A stretch of 41,781 nt of DNA from Thermoplasmata archaeon (GCA_025457815.1 JALOTQ010000003.1:1-41781); one strand, 5' to 3'. Shown: positions 18,517 through 28,502, numbered from the stretch's first letter. Program-made: numbers and translations. Notes: generated by a model from the letters alone, not told the origin.

Positions 18517-19473
18517 TTGAGAGTGTCGAAGAACGTGGCCTATGGACTGATGGCCCTGGCCGCTGTACTGTGGGCGACGAACGGCATATTCTCGATGCTC
18601 ACCTACGACGAGGGCGCGAGCGTCATGCAGGTCACGGTCATCGCGACGACGCTGAGCGCCATCGTCCTCGTCATCCTGATCGGGTCACTGGACATGAAAT
18701 CCCTGAGGATCAAGAAGAAGGACCTCGGGCCGTTCATCGTGTTCAGCCTCATCACGGGCACATTCTTCGCGCTCGCGTGGTACGCCTGCCTCGAGAGGAC
18801 GGGCGTGGCGACGGCCGTCATCCTCCTCTACCTGTACCCCAGCATGGTCACCATCGCCTCGGTGTTCCTCCTGGGCGAGAAGCTCAACGCGCCAAAGGCC
18901 GTCGCGCTGCCGCTGACATTCATCGGGTGCGTGCTCGTGGCCGGCGCGCAGGAGTTCGAGGAGGGCCTGTCGTTCGACACCATCGGGATAATGCTCGGGA
19001 TCTTCACGGCACTCGCAGGGGCCGTCTACTACCTCTGGGGCAAGAAGTTCCTGGAAGTCTATTCCGCGAACACCGTGATCCTCTACATGACCGTCCTGTC
19101 CCTGCCTGGCCTGTTCGTCATCGGGGCCGCGGCCGACGCGCTAAGCACAAGCCCGAACGCCGACCTCTTCGACCTCGAGATCTCGTCCAACGGATGGATG
19201 TACTTGCTCTTCATCGCCATCTTCCCCGGGACCATCGCTTTCGTCGCGTCCATGGTCGCGCTGAACCACCTGGAAGCCAGCAAGGCCAGCATCATCGCGA
19301 GCATCGAGCCCGTCGCCGCCGTCATCATCGCGTGGCTGGTCCTGACGGAGACCATCAACGGGCTGCAGACCGTCGGGGTCGTGCTCGTGTTCGTCGGGGT
19401 CGTGCTCCTCAGACTGACCACCGAGAAGAAGGCCGCGGAGGAGCCGCCCGCGGCCGTCGTGCTCGAGAGGTGA
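18517..19473 (+). CDS. EamA/DMT-family transporter
   Basis: Two EamA halves: ILLYLYP..FLLGEKL and ASKASIIASIEPV..L.E. Confidence 0.85.
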   Translation: MRVSKNVAYGLMALAAVLWATNGIFSMLTYDEGASVMQVTVIATTLSAIVLVILIGSLDMKSLRIKKKDLGPFIVFSLITGTFFALAWYACLERTGVATAVILLYLYPSMVTIASVFLLGEKLNAPKAVALPLTFIGCVLVAGAQEFEEGLSFDTIGIMLGIFTALAGAVYYLWGKKFLEVYSANTVILYMTVLSLPGLFVIGAAADALSTSPNADLFDLEISSNGWMYLLFIAIFPGTIAFVASMVALNHLEASKASIIASIEPVAAVIIAWLVLTETINGLQTVGVVLVFVGVVLLRLTTEKKAAEEPPAAVVLER

Positions 19474-19530
19474 CGCTCGGGGGGCGCTCAGGAAAGAGCA
19501 TATACTCTCCTGGGTCATCTCGGAAAGCAG

Positions 19531-20283
19531 ATGCTAGTCCCCCGAGCACCCAGCGGCATTCCTGGCCTTGACGCCATCATTCAGGGGGGCTTTCCCACGA
19601 ATTCTACGATTGCTTTGAGGGCGGAGCCCTCGAACCACACAGAGTACTTCGAGCAGCAGTTCGTCATGGAGGGGCTGAAGCAGGGCAAGTCGGCGGTGTA
19701 CTGCTGCCTCTCGAGGCCCGCCGCGAGCGTCATCAGGAGCATGAGGCACCAGGGATTCGATGTCCTGGAGCACATCGCCAACGACCAGCTGGTGTTCCTT
19801 GACTGCTACTCCATGCACAAGGAGATGGCGGTCCTCGGCGTCGACCAGGCCGTCCAGAAGAAGATCATAAGCGTCACGCAGATAGACGACGAGAGGCTGC
19901 TCCAGGACGGGCTCGCGACGGCGGTCGAGCGCATACACGAGCTGAAGGGTATGAGGGCGGTGTGCGAGAGCGTCCCGGGAACGCTCACGGGCGGCACCGC
20001 GGTCGAGATAATGCGCTGGGGCAGGAAGGCCTTCGGCGAGCTGAGGGCGTACGAGATCCTGGCACTGCACACTTTCCCGATAGGGGTCCGCGAGGAGCTA
20101 TTCAACGTGATGGCCCACGACTTCGACGCGATCCTCGAGATCAGGGCCGACAGGGGGCAGGAGAGGGTCCGATACCACCTGAGCATCCAGAAGATGCGCC
20201 TGACGGACTTCCCGCCAAAGATGCACGAGCTCGACACGGATGGGATGATGCTGACCCTAAAGACGGTCCAGAAGATAGGTTAG
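19531..20283 (+). CDS. KaiC/RAD55-like RecA-fold protein with degenerate Walker A and B
   Basis: SGIPGLDAIIQGGFP, QFVMEGLKQG, FLDCYS and IQKMR are typical. Walker A reads AEPSNHTE and Walker B reads VCES. Confidence 0.8.
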   Translation: MLVPRAPSGIPGLDAIIQGGFPTNSTIALRAEPSNHTEYFEQQFVMEGLKQGKSAVYCCLSRPAASVIRSMRHQGFDVLEHIANDQLVFLDCYSMHKEMAVLGVDQAVQKKIISVTQIDDERLLQDGLATAVERIHELKGMRAVCESVPGTLTGGTAVEIMRWGRKAFGELRAYEILALHTFPIGVREELFNVMAHDFDAILEIRADRGQERVRYHLSIQKMRLTDFPPKMHELDTDGMMLTLKTVQKIG

Positions 20284-20285
20284 GC

Positions 20286-20813
20286 CTACATCGGGTAGCC
20301 GAGCACGTAGATGATTATGCCGATTATCGTGCCCCTGGTGAACCCTGCCAGGAGGTTGGTGAGCGCGAACCCCCGCAGGGACAGCAGCTTGCCCTCCTTG
20401 TTCAGGAGCGAGAAGATGTAGAGCGGGATCGTGTCTATCATGAACGGTATGGACATTATCACGAACAGGGCGTAGTAGCCGTACCTGCGCACGAACTTCT
20501 CGCTCTTCTGCAACAGCCACCTGAACCAGCCCCAGCGCTGGAAGCTGGAGATGGTCTCCTCGATCTTCTCCCCGATGAAGAACACCGCGACCGCGCCCGT
20601 GGCCTTCCCGAATGCGAGGACCAGCACCTTCAGCGGGAAGTAGATGCCGGGGTCGCCTATGAGCGCGACCTCGATCGGGATGGGCAGTATGATCGCCGCC
20701 AGGACGCAGAATATGAAGAAGACGAACAGGTATGTGGCGGGGTCAGCCTGGTTCTGCGAGAGCCAATCCATGAGCCCCGAGAAGAAGCTGGAGATGTCCG
20801 CCCACACGCTCAT
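20286..20813 (-). CDS. DedA/VTT-like membrane protein
   Basis: ILPIPIE, GKATGAVAVFFIG, RRYGYYALF..IPF.....Y..S, RG motif near the C-terminus. Confidence 0.7.
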   Translation of the reverse strand: MSVWADISSFFSGLMDWLSQNQADPATYLFVFFIFCVLAAIILPIPIEVALIGDPGIYFPLKVLVLAFGKATGAVAVFFIGEKIEETISSFQRWGWFRWLLQKSEKFVRRYGYYALFVIMSIPFMIDTIPLYIFSLLNKEGKLLSLRGFALTNLLAGFTRGTIIGIIIYVLGYPM

Positions 20814-20986
20814 TTCGGACTCGTCAGAAGCCTTTGGTTACTTCTAGATTCCCATGGCCTGCCGCCACGGCGCGCGCACGCGCGGGAAGCCCAAAATCAG
20901 GGCGAGCCAGAAAATTAGAAGGCGGTCAGAATAAATACCAAAGGCTTATATTCGTGGAACATCATTGCCCATAACTGGGATGTACT

Positions 20987-21601
20987 ATGGCTAAGCCCGA
21001 AGGGAAGGAAGAGGGAGACTGGTTTGCCCAGCTGGACGAAGAGCTGGAGAAGAAGACTTCGCAGATAACGGACAACTTCGTAGAGCAGACCACTCAGAAG
21101 GACTCCATAAACAAGGCGCTCCTGGGCGACTTCTTCCGCATTTGGATCAGGTTCAACAAGATCAACGTGCACCTCGCGATGTCCCCCGACCCGCAGGCAT
21201 CCACGTTCGCCACGTTCACCGTCTACCCGGAGCAGTGGAGCTTCCGGCCGGACTACGACTTCGCGGGCCTGGACAACGTATCGCTCATGGACAGGACCCA
21301 GGGCAGGGTCGGAGACTCCATCAAGGTCTGGTACTACAACGTGGACAGCCAGACGCATCTCAGGGCGGTGTTCGAGTTCTGCGAGGGAGAGCACTACTAC
21401 AAGTACGCGGGCTGGAAGAGGATCTTCTCGCAGTACGTGCTCCTCGACGTGCCGATCGGGAAGTTCGAGGAGAAGAAGTACCACGACATGCTCGCGGACG
21501 TGATCAAGCTCTGGTACGAGTCCCACCTGAAGAGGGACCGAGAGATCGTCCTGAAGCACATCAGGGAGAAGTACGAGAAGGGCGAGACCTTCACGCAGTG
21601 A
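20987..21601 (+). CDS. Hypothetical soluble protein
   Basis: 204-aa ORF with host-like codon usage and its own AAAGGCTTATATT promoter (about 20940-20953); no motif recognised. Confidence 0.75.
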   Translation: MAKPEGKEEGDWFAQLDEELEKKTSQITDNFVEQTTQKDSINKALLGDFFRIWIRFNKINVHLAMSPDPQASTFATFTVYPEQWSFRPDYDFAGLDNVSLMDRTQGRVGDSIKVWYYNVDSQTHLRAVFEFCEGEHYYKYAGWKRIFSQYVLLDVPIGKFEEKKYHDMLADVIKLWYESHLKRDREIVLKHIREKYEKGETFTQ

Positions 21602-21610
21602 CCGAACGCT

Positions 21611-22885
21611 TCATAGCTGGTTCGGTCGGTTCTGCAGCCCCTCCATCGCGAAGTAGTACTCCATCAGGCACTGGTACCAGCGTGAGTCGTCGACCAGGTC
21701 GAGCCCTATGTCGTGGTACACGAACTGCCTCGACCAATCCCAGGCCATGCCGTTGTAAAGCGCGAGGCAGGGCGGGAACCATATGTTCAGGCCAGTGATG
21801 ACGTCCTTGAACTTCGCGCTGCTCCCCTCGTTCAGGAGGGCGGCGTTGAACGCGTCCGCGAAGGACGCGATGGCGTCGTCGAGGTCCCCGTCGATCCCCC
21901 TCAACCCCTGCAGCAGAGTGTAGGCATCAGGCACGTACTCGTAGCCTCCCATGCTCTGCCTGTTGCATATGAAGGCGTAGTTCAGGGCAGCCTTGACGGC
22001 ATCCGCATTCTCGGCCACCAGAGGCTCCAGCGCCTCGGCCACGTCCATGAACGCGGCGCCCAGCTCGTCCACGAGCGACATGTCGAACGCGGACAACGTC
22101 GCGTAGTTCTGATCTCCCGGGTCGGTGTGCTCGTAGAGCGTCTTGGAGCCGTAGTACGCCATGTACATGTCGACGAGGTCGTACGCGAATTCGCGCGGAG
22201 CGACCTCCGGGTCGGCCACGAGCGCGGTCAGGATCTGCTGATATGGTAGGCCCTCGTCCGGCATGAACAGCTCAGATGCGACGAACCAGTCGACAGCGCC
22301 CCTGAGCTCGTACACGAACTCCACGGTCGCCGCGTCGCACACGTCCATGGCGAGCACGTCCACACGGACGCCGTTCGAGGCAGACGCCTCCCTGATGGTC
22401 CGGGCCATGTCGTCCACGACCATGATGCCGTTGCCGTTCGTCTCGTCCCTGCACACGCCCCGCCACGCGTATCCGTGGTCTTGGAGCACGAGCATGGTCT
22501 TCTCGGCCGGGTAGTTCTGGAAGCCGTAGTCCAGGAACCGCTCGAGCGTGGCCGAGTCCGAGGAGTTGAGCTCCTCCCAGGTCTCCACCGTGTGGCACTC
22601 GCCGTCGTGTATGTCGTAGATCCACGTGCCGCTGACCGACAGGATGTCCATGTAAACGATGAAGTTGATCTCCGAGTTGTCCGTCAGCGCGGACTTCCAT
22701 GTATCGATAGCGAAGTCGAGGTAGGCCTCGAGGTCGTTGTCCGAGTCCCAGTAGATGAGGAGCGTCCACTCCTTTCCGTCATCGGTCTCCTCCGCTTCCG
22801 GAGATGCGGCGGACGCGCTCGGGAGCGCGAAAGCGATCACAATCAACAGACATAACGGAAGTCTAACGTGTTTGAGGCTAGCCAC
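21611..22885 (-). CDS. Secreted clostripain-family (C11) cysteine peptidase, paralogue A
   Basis: Signal peptide; EWTLLIYWDSDNDLE, QDHGYAW (His), MDVC (Cys), VASE, GLPY. Confidence 0.85.
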   Translation of the reverse strand: MASLKHVRLPLCLLIVIAFALPSASAASPEAEETDDGKEWTLLIYWDSDNDLEAYLDFAIDTWKSALTDNSEINFIVYMDILSVSGTWIYDIHDGECHTVETWEELNSSDSATLERFLDYGFQNYPAEKTMLVLQDHGYAWRGVCRDETNGNGIMVVDDMARTIREASASNGVRVDVLAMDVCDAATVEFVYELRGAVDWFVASELFMPDEGLPYQQILTALVADPEVAPREFAYDLVDMYMAYYGSKTLYEHTDPGDQNYATLSAFDMSLVDELGAAFMDVAEALEPLVAENADAVKAALNYAFICNRQSMGGYEYVPDAYTLLQGLRGIDGDLDDAIASFADAFNAALLNEGSSAKFKDVITGLNIWFPPCLALYNGMAWDWSRQFVYHDIGLDLVDDSRWYQCLMEYYFAMEGLQNRPNQL

Positions 22886-23000
22886 CCTGTCCCCCCTGGC
22901 TTATGTGCCTCCCGCATGGCTCCGCCTGACCATAAACACTCACGTCGGATGAGGCAGTCAGTATCCGAAATTCAGCCTTCGGCGACCGCACTCGAATCGG

Positions 23001-23405
23001 CTAGTCTATGGAGCACTCCGCGACCCTCATGCACACGCTCCTCGCCTTCTCGTAGTCGCTCACGACGAAGACGAAGCTCATGGAGTCGTCCTTCTGCCCG
23101 AGCAGGTATGACGCGTTTATCTCGATGCCGCTCTCCACGAGCGACCTCGCCACCCTGAGCCATTGGCCCGGCTTGTTGAACACCCTGACGACCATGACCT
23201 GCCGGTCTCTGTATTGCAGGCCGGCCTTCATCAGCATCCTCCGGACCTCCTCCTCTGATCCCGTCAGGAACTTCACGACGTACCTTCCATCCACCTTGGC
23301 CGTCGCGACGGTGTTCAGGTTGATGTTGTGCTCTGCGAGTATCGATATCGCGTCGAGCAGTTCCTTCGTCGAGCCCTTGAATTCCAGTTCGAACTCGGTC
23401 GCCAT
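23001..23405 (-). CDS. Tandem ACT-domain protein
   Basis: LAEHNINL and NKPGQW..VARSLVESGIEI; ATG 23405 after GGAGGG. Confidence 0.75.
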   Translation of the reverse strand: MATEFELEFKGSTKELLDAISILAEHNINLNTVATAKVDGRYVVKFLTGSEEEVRRMLMKAGLQYRDRQVMVVRVFNKPGQWLRVARSLVESGIEINASYLLGQKDDSMSFVFVVSDYEKARSVCMRVAECSID

Positions 23406-23537
23406 ATGTTCCCTCCTAAGCTCCGGGACGGAATAGGGAGGCGAGTCATATTTATCCTGAACGATGCCCGACTTCGGCAATGGCCGAAAGAAACCAGAAG
23501 GGAAGGTCCGGGGCCGTCCGGCCCCGGTGTTTTGCGC

Positions 23538-24785
23538 TCACTCGAGCGAGTTCGCGTAGTAGGCCATCAGGCAGTCGTACCACATCGACTCGGCCACTAT
23601 GTCTAGCCCGATCTCGTGGTACACGAACTGCTGCCCCCAGACCCAGCTCCGGGACTCGTAGTTCGACAACGAGGGCGGGAAGTTGACCGTCAGCCCGTGG
23701 GCCGTGTCGTGGTACTTCCTGCTGTGGTCCTCCGCGAGCAGCGCGGCGTCGTAGGCCGACATGAAGTCCATGATGGCCGATGCCAGGGCGGGCTGGTCGG
23801 TTATCGACTCCTGCAGGCACTCCATGTACTCTATCATGTCGATCCCCCACTCGATGCTCGCGATGTTCGCCCATGGGCCGATCAGCGCTGAGCCCCTTGC
23901 GCCCTCGATCTGCCTCATGTAGTGCTCGAAGAGCGGTTCCAGGGTCTCGGTGAATGTGGAGAACGACCTGCCGAGCCCGTCAACCTTGCTCATATCGAAC
24001 GCGGAGCAGGTCGCGAAGTCCTGACTGTACTTCATGATGTGCTCGTAGTCCTTCTTCGAGCTGTAGTAGAGCACGTACTCGTGCACGATGTTGATTGCCA
24101 GCTCCTCGGGCGTCAGGTCGGGATCCTCCACGAGGTCCGTTATGAACATCTTGTACGGAAGGCCGTCGTACGGCACCATCGACTCGGACCCGACGACGTA
24201 CGACACGGCGTCCTTGAGCTCGTAGATCGCCTCGATGGTCATCATGTTGCACGCGTCGAACGCGAGCAGGTCGACGCCCGCGCCCCGGGCCTTGACGTTC
24301 TCCAGGGCCGTCGCGAGCATGTCCAGGCTCATGAGCGTGTCACCGTTCGTCTCGTCCTGGCAGAGGCCGCGCCATCCGTATCCGTGGTCCTGCATCACAA
24401 GCATCGTGTTCTCGGCAGGGAACTCGTCGACGCAGTAGTCCAGGAACCGCTCCAGGGTGGCCGGGTCTGAGGAGTTCAGCTCCTCCCATGTCTGGACGAG
24501 GTGTCTCTTCCCGTCGACAATGTCATAGACCCATGCGCCGTCCTCGGATAGGATGTCGATGAACGCGACGATGTTTATCTCGGAGTCGTCCGAGAGCGCC
24601 TTCTCCCAGGTGCTCATCGCGAACTCCGTGCAGAACTCCAGGTTGTTGTCCGCATCCCAGTACATCATCAGGGTCCATTTCTTTCCAGACGATTCTGTGA
24701 CCTGCCCCGCCATCGCGCTCACAGGCAGGGCGACGGCGACTGCGGTCAGCAGGCACAATAGAACATGCGTTCTCCCAAGCTTCGT
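23538..24785 (-). CDS. Secreted clostripain-family (C11) cysteine peptidase, paralogue B (start codon uncertain, ACG at 24785 proposed)
   Basis: KWTLMMYWDADNNLE, QDHGYGW, AFDACNM, VGSE, GLPY; signal peptide KLGRTHVLLCLLTAVAVALPVSAMA. Confidence 0.85.
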   Translation of the reverse strand, partial: TKLGRTHVLLCLLTAVAVALPVSAMAGQVTESSGKKWTLMMYWDADNNLEFCTEFAMSTWEKALSDDSEINIVAFIDILSEDGAWVYDIVDGKRHLVQTWEELNSSDPATLERFLDYCVDEFPAENTMLVMQDHGYGWRGLCQDETNGDTLMSLDMLATALENVKARGAGVDLLAFDACNMMTIEAIYELKDAVSYVVGSESMVPYDGLPYKMFITDLVEDPDLTPEELAINIVHEYVLYYSSKKDYEHIMKYSQDFATCSAFDMSKVDGLGRSFSTFTETLEPLFEHYMRQIEGARGSALIGPWANIASIEWGIDMIEYMECLQESITDQPALASAIMDFMSAYDAALLAEDHSRKYHDTAHGLTVNFPPSLSNYESRSWVWGQQFVYHEIGLDIVAESMWYDCLMAYYANSLE

Positions 24786-24911
24786 ACCAGACTCCCCCCA
24801 AATGCTACTGACTCCCGTATCCGAGGCATGTCTGATAAGGATTTCCCACTCCGACCAGCAGCGCAACTGAATTATCGGGCCGAGGGCATCAGGGCGCGGG
24901 ACGGTAAGTCA

Positions 24912-25676
24912 TTGGGCCTCTCGTTTGACAGGATCGCGGACAGGTACGACACGACGAGGTGGTATCCAGACCAGGTCATGGAGGACATCCTGGCCGTGCT
25001 CGAGAAGAACATCGACCCAGAAAGACCGATACTGGACGCAGGGGTGGGCACCGGGAGGTTCGCGAAACCGCTCCAGGACGCGGGCTTCACGGTGGTCGGC
25101 GTGGACATATCGGCGCGCATGCTGGAGAAGGCGAGGCAGAAGAGCGTGCAAGACCTCCTCCGGGCGGACATAACCGCCCTTCCGTTCAAGGACGAGGTGT
25201 TCGGCTCCGCCATGAGCGTCCATGTCCTGCACCTCATCTCCAACTGGAAGCTGGCCCTGAGGGAGATATCCAGGGTCACGACCGGACATCTGGTGTCCGT
25301 GGCCTTCAACAAGATGGAATCGCCCGCAGAGGAGCTGAGGAGGTTCTACGACCAGACCTGTGCGGACCTCGGGCACGTCGTGCACCATCCGGGCATGCGG
25401 GAGCGCGAGATGCCGGAGGTGTTCGAGCCCGACGAGGAGATCACGATAACCATGCACGAGCACCCCATCGACGTCCGGAACATCATCTCGGACTACTCGA
25501 ACAGGACCTACTCCAACCAGTGGATGATCCCCGAGGAGATCCACCAGCAGGCCATCGAGGCGCTCCAGGAGCGCTACGACGGCGTGGACCAGATCATAGG
25601 CCGTGAGAGGATATCGCTCCTCAAGTGGAGCGCCGACCGGATCTGGGAGTTCGCGGGCGATTTGGCCGCCAAGTGA
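24912..25676 (+). CDS. Class I SAM-dependent methyltransferase
   Basis: SFDRIADRYD, ILDAGVGTGRF, GVDISARML, ADITALPFKDEVF, HVLHLI. Confidence 0.85.
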   Translation: MGLSFDRIADRYDTTRWYPDQVMEDILAVLEKNIDPERPILDAGVGTGRFAKPLQDAGFTVVGVDISARMLEKARQKSVQDLLRADITALPFKDEVFGSAMSVHVLHLISNWKLALREISRVTTGHLVSVAFNKMESPAEELRRFYDQTCADLGHVVHHPGMREREMPEVFEPDEEITITMHEHPIDVRNIISDYSNRTYSNQWMIPEEIHQQAIEALQERYDGVDQIIGRERISLLKWSADRIWEFAGDLAAK

Positions 25677-25779
25677 GCGCACACTTTCGGCTGCCCGTAG
25701 TGAATCCCTTTATATGCACGACCCTGGTTGTGTAGACAGCAGCGAAGGAAAAACAACGGCTGCTAAGAGGGGAGTTATT

Positions 25780-27096
25780 GTGGAGATAGAGAAGCTAGCG
25801 CCCCACGTTCAAGAGATTTCCAGGGCGCTCGGGGACAAGTTGTCAGAGGAACAGATAGCAGAGGAACTTCAGAAGTGCGTCGACGTCTACAGGCTCAGCA
25901 TACCGATGGCCAAGAGGAGCATCGTGAAGAAGTACGGAGGCGACGTCTCCGGCTTCTCGCTCACGTCGCAGAGGAAGCTCGCGGAGCTGAGGCCGAACGA
26001 GCCCGTCGTGGATTTCGTGGCCAAGGTCCTGTCTTCCAACATGAAGGAGATCAGCGTCAAGGGCGAGAAGAAGACCATTATGTTCGGCTTCCTGGGGGAC
26101 GAGACCACATCGCTTCCCTACACCGCGTGGGAGACCGAAGGCCTGGACATCAAGAAGGGCGATGTCATCACAGTCAAGGGCGCCTACACGAGGGAGTACC
26201 AGGGCAGGATCCAGATCAACTTCGGGAACAGGATCTCGATCCGCAAGGAGGACCCGTCCGTCATAGGGGACATACAGGTCGCCCAGGGACCTCCCAAGGT
26301 CGTGACCATAGGCGGCCTCAGGGAATCCATGGGATATGTCGAGGTGAAGGGACGGATACTCTCGGTCGAGCCGCGAGAGGTCACCGTCCAGGGAGAGCCG
26401 AAGAAGGTCTTCTCGGGGATCGTCGCGGACGAGACGGGCAAGGTCCAGTTCACCGCGTGGTCGGATTTCAGGCTCAAGCAGGGAGAGGTCGTCAGGATCT
26501 CGAAGGCCACCGTGAAGGCCTGGCGCGGGGTGCCCCAGCTGAGCTTCGACGAGCGCGGCGACGTCACCAAGGTGAAGGAGAAGTTCCCCTCGGCCGAGGA
26601 GCTCGCGAAGGGGCCTGTCCGGATGATATCAGAGGTCTCCGCGATGGGCGGCGGGATGGACGTGACGGTCCGCGGAACCCTGCTCGAGATCAGGGAGGGC
26701 TCCGGGCTCATCATGCGCTGCCCGGAGTGCAAGCGCGCCCTCCAGAAGGGCGTGTGCAAGCTCCACGGGCGCGTCGAGGGCGTCCCTGACCTGCGCATCA
26801 AGGCGATCCTGGACGACGGGAGCGGCGCGGTCAGCGTCGTGCTCAACCGCGATCTCACGGAGAAGCTCACGGGCGTCACGCTCGAAGAGGCCATGCAGAC
26901 GGCCAAGGACAAGATGGACCTGGAGGTGGTCGGGAACATGATGGCCGACACGCTCGCGCTCAAGGTCGCGACCGTGACGGGCTCCCTCAGGTCCGACCCC
27001 TACGGGCTATCGATGATAGCGAACGACGTCGAACTCAAGGCCGAGGACGCGAAGCCCGAGGCCGAGAAGCTCCTGGCCGACCTGGGGGGAGCCTGA
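25780..27096 (+). CDS. rpa: Replication protein A (multi-OB-fold ssDNA-binding protein with zinc finger)
   Basis: GDETTSLPYTAW, ADETGKVQFTAW, GSGLIMRCPECKR...CKLHG, DLRIKAILDDGSG. Confidence 0.88.
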   Translation: MEIEKLAPHVQEISRALGDKLSEEQIAEELQKCVDVYRLSIPMAKRSIVKKYGGDVSGFSLTSQRKLAELRPNEPVVDFVAKVLSSNMKEISVKGEKKTIMFGFLGDETTSLPYTAWETEGLDIKKGDVITVKGAYTREYQGRIQINFGNRISIRKEDPSVIGDIQVAQGPPKVVTIGGLRESMGYVEVKGRILSVEPREVTVQGEPKKVFSGIVADETGKVQFTAWSDFRLKQGEVVRISKATVKAWRGVPQLSFDERGDVTKVKEKFPSAEELAKGPVRMISEVSAMGGGMDVTVRGTLLEIREGSGLIMRCPECKRALQKGVCKLHGRVEGVPDLRIKAILDDGSGAVSVVLNRDLTEKLTGVTLEEAMQTAKDKMDLEVVGNMMADTLALKVATVTGSLRSDPYGLSMIANDVELKAEDAKPEAEKLLADLGGA

Positions 27097-28016
27097 TGAA
27101 CGCCCGCGAGGTCGCTTGGCGCGTGTTCGCAGAGGAGTACAACTCATCGGTGCTAGAACACAAAGGAGAGGGCGAGAAGCCCGTGTCGTACTTGGTCACG
27201 CCTCTCGGTGCCCGGGTCAACCGCATGCTCGTCGTGGGCGTCGTGACGGACGTCGAGGACGTGGGCGAGCAGGGCAAGCCGATGTACCGGGCGAGGATAA
27301 CGGACCCGACGGGCACCTTCTACGTGTCCGCCGGCCAGTACCAGCCCGAGGCGGCAGCTTCGCTTTCCAAGATCTCCCCGCCCGCGTTCGCAGCGGTGGT
27401 GGGGAAGAGCAGGGCGTACTCGCCCGAGGAGGGCGTGAAGTACCTGAGCGTCCGCCCCGAGACGATCCGCGAGGTGGACGCCGCGGCCAGGGACTACTGG
27501 GTCGTCGAGGCAGCCAAGAGCACCCTGCTCAGGATAGACGCCGTCGAGGACGGGCTCAAGATGGCCCAGCCGTCGGTCGCGGAGCTGGTCAAGCTGGGAT
27601 ACCCGCAGAACCTGGCGGAGGGCGTGGTCCAGGCCATCGAGTACTACAAGGACATCGACCTGGACAGGTTCAGGAACTCCGTCCGGGAGGCGCTCAGGTC
27701 CATCCTCCCCGAGGCCGGCGAGCATCGGATGGCGACGACCGCCAAGCCCGCGAAGAAGGAGGTGCCGCGCCCGAAGGCCGAGGAGCCTGAGAAGTCCGAG
27801 CACAAGGATGGCAAGGTCTCGGCGGATGAGGAGGAGGCCGTGCTCGAGATGATCTCCGGCCTGGATCAGGGAGGCAGAGGGGCCCCGTGGGACAAGCTGG
27901 TCGAGGTCGCCAAGGCCAAGAAGGTCGACAAGGTCAGGCTCGAGGAGATCGTGGGGAGCCTGCTGGACAAGGGCGAGATCTACGAGCCCGAACTTGGCAT
28001 GATGAAGCGCATCTGA
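27096..28016 (+). CDS. RPA-associated OB-fold protein (RPA32-like, C-terminal winged helix)
   Basis: REVAWRVFAEEY, TPLGARVNR, DPTGTFYVSAGQYQPEA, LLDKGEIYEP; translationally coupled to rpa. Confidence 0.85.
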   Translation: MNAREVAWRVFAEEYNSSVLEHKGEGEKPVSYLVTPLGARVNRMLVVGVVTDVEDVGEQGKPMYRARITDPTGTFYVSAGQYQPEAAASLSKISPPAFAAVVGKSRAYSPEEGVKYLSVRPETIREVDAAARDYWVVEAAKSTLLRIDAVEDGLKMAQPSVAELVKLGYPQNLAEGVVQAIEYYKDIDLDRFRNSVREALRSILPEAGEHRMATTAKPAKKEVPRPKAEEPEKSEHKDGKVSADEEEAVLEMISGLDQGGRGAPWDKLVEVAKAKKVDKVRLEEIVGSLLDKGEIYEPELGMMKRI

Positions 28017-28022
28017 GCGCGC

Positions 28023-28502
28023 TCACAGCTCGTCGAACTCGTCCTTCGAGCCGACCAACAGGATCGTGGCCAGAAGCCCTAGCGCGATCAGCGTGCCCGT
28101 CCCGTAGGCCGTGGTCAGAATGGCGATGGAGGATGTGAGGACCCCTCCGACCAGCGCCCATGCGAACCTTGTCCTTCGGAGGGCGTAGTATCCTCCGGCC
28201 ACAGCCAATGGCCCGACCATCATCATGGACACCGCTGAGATGATTATGACCGCGTCCTCTTCCTGAAGGGACGGCACTTCGCTCCCGTAGACTACCAGGA
28301 GCTCCAACGCGACTATGAGCTGTGAGAGTCCGGACACCATTATCAGACCGCCGGCCAGAAGCGGCATCGGCGTCCTCCTGACCCTGGGCCGAGACTCGGC
28401 CAAAGGCCTGAAGTCGTGGCCGCACACGGGGCAGAAGCTCGCGTCCTCAGGCATCATGTTGTTGCAGGCGGTGCACTTCCTCGAGGTGGGCGTCATGCTC
28501 AC
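28023..28502 (-). CDS. Zinc-ribbon membrane protein ZR1 (membrane module type A)
   Basis: CTAC..DASFCPVCGHDFR; TPMPLLAGG, GGYYALRR..F, SKDEF. Confidence 0.75.
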   Translation of the reverse strand: MSMTPTSRKCTACNNMMPEDASFCPVCGHDFRPLAESRPRVRRTPMPLLAGGLIMVSGLSQLIVALELLVVYGSEVPSLQEEDAVIIISAVSMMMVGPLAVAGGYYALRRTRFAWALVGGVLTSSIAILTTAYGTGTLIALGLLATILLVGSKDEFDEL

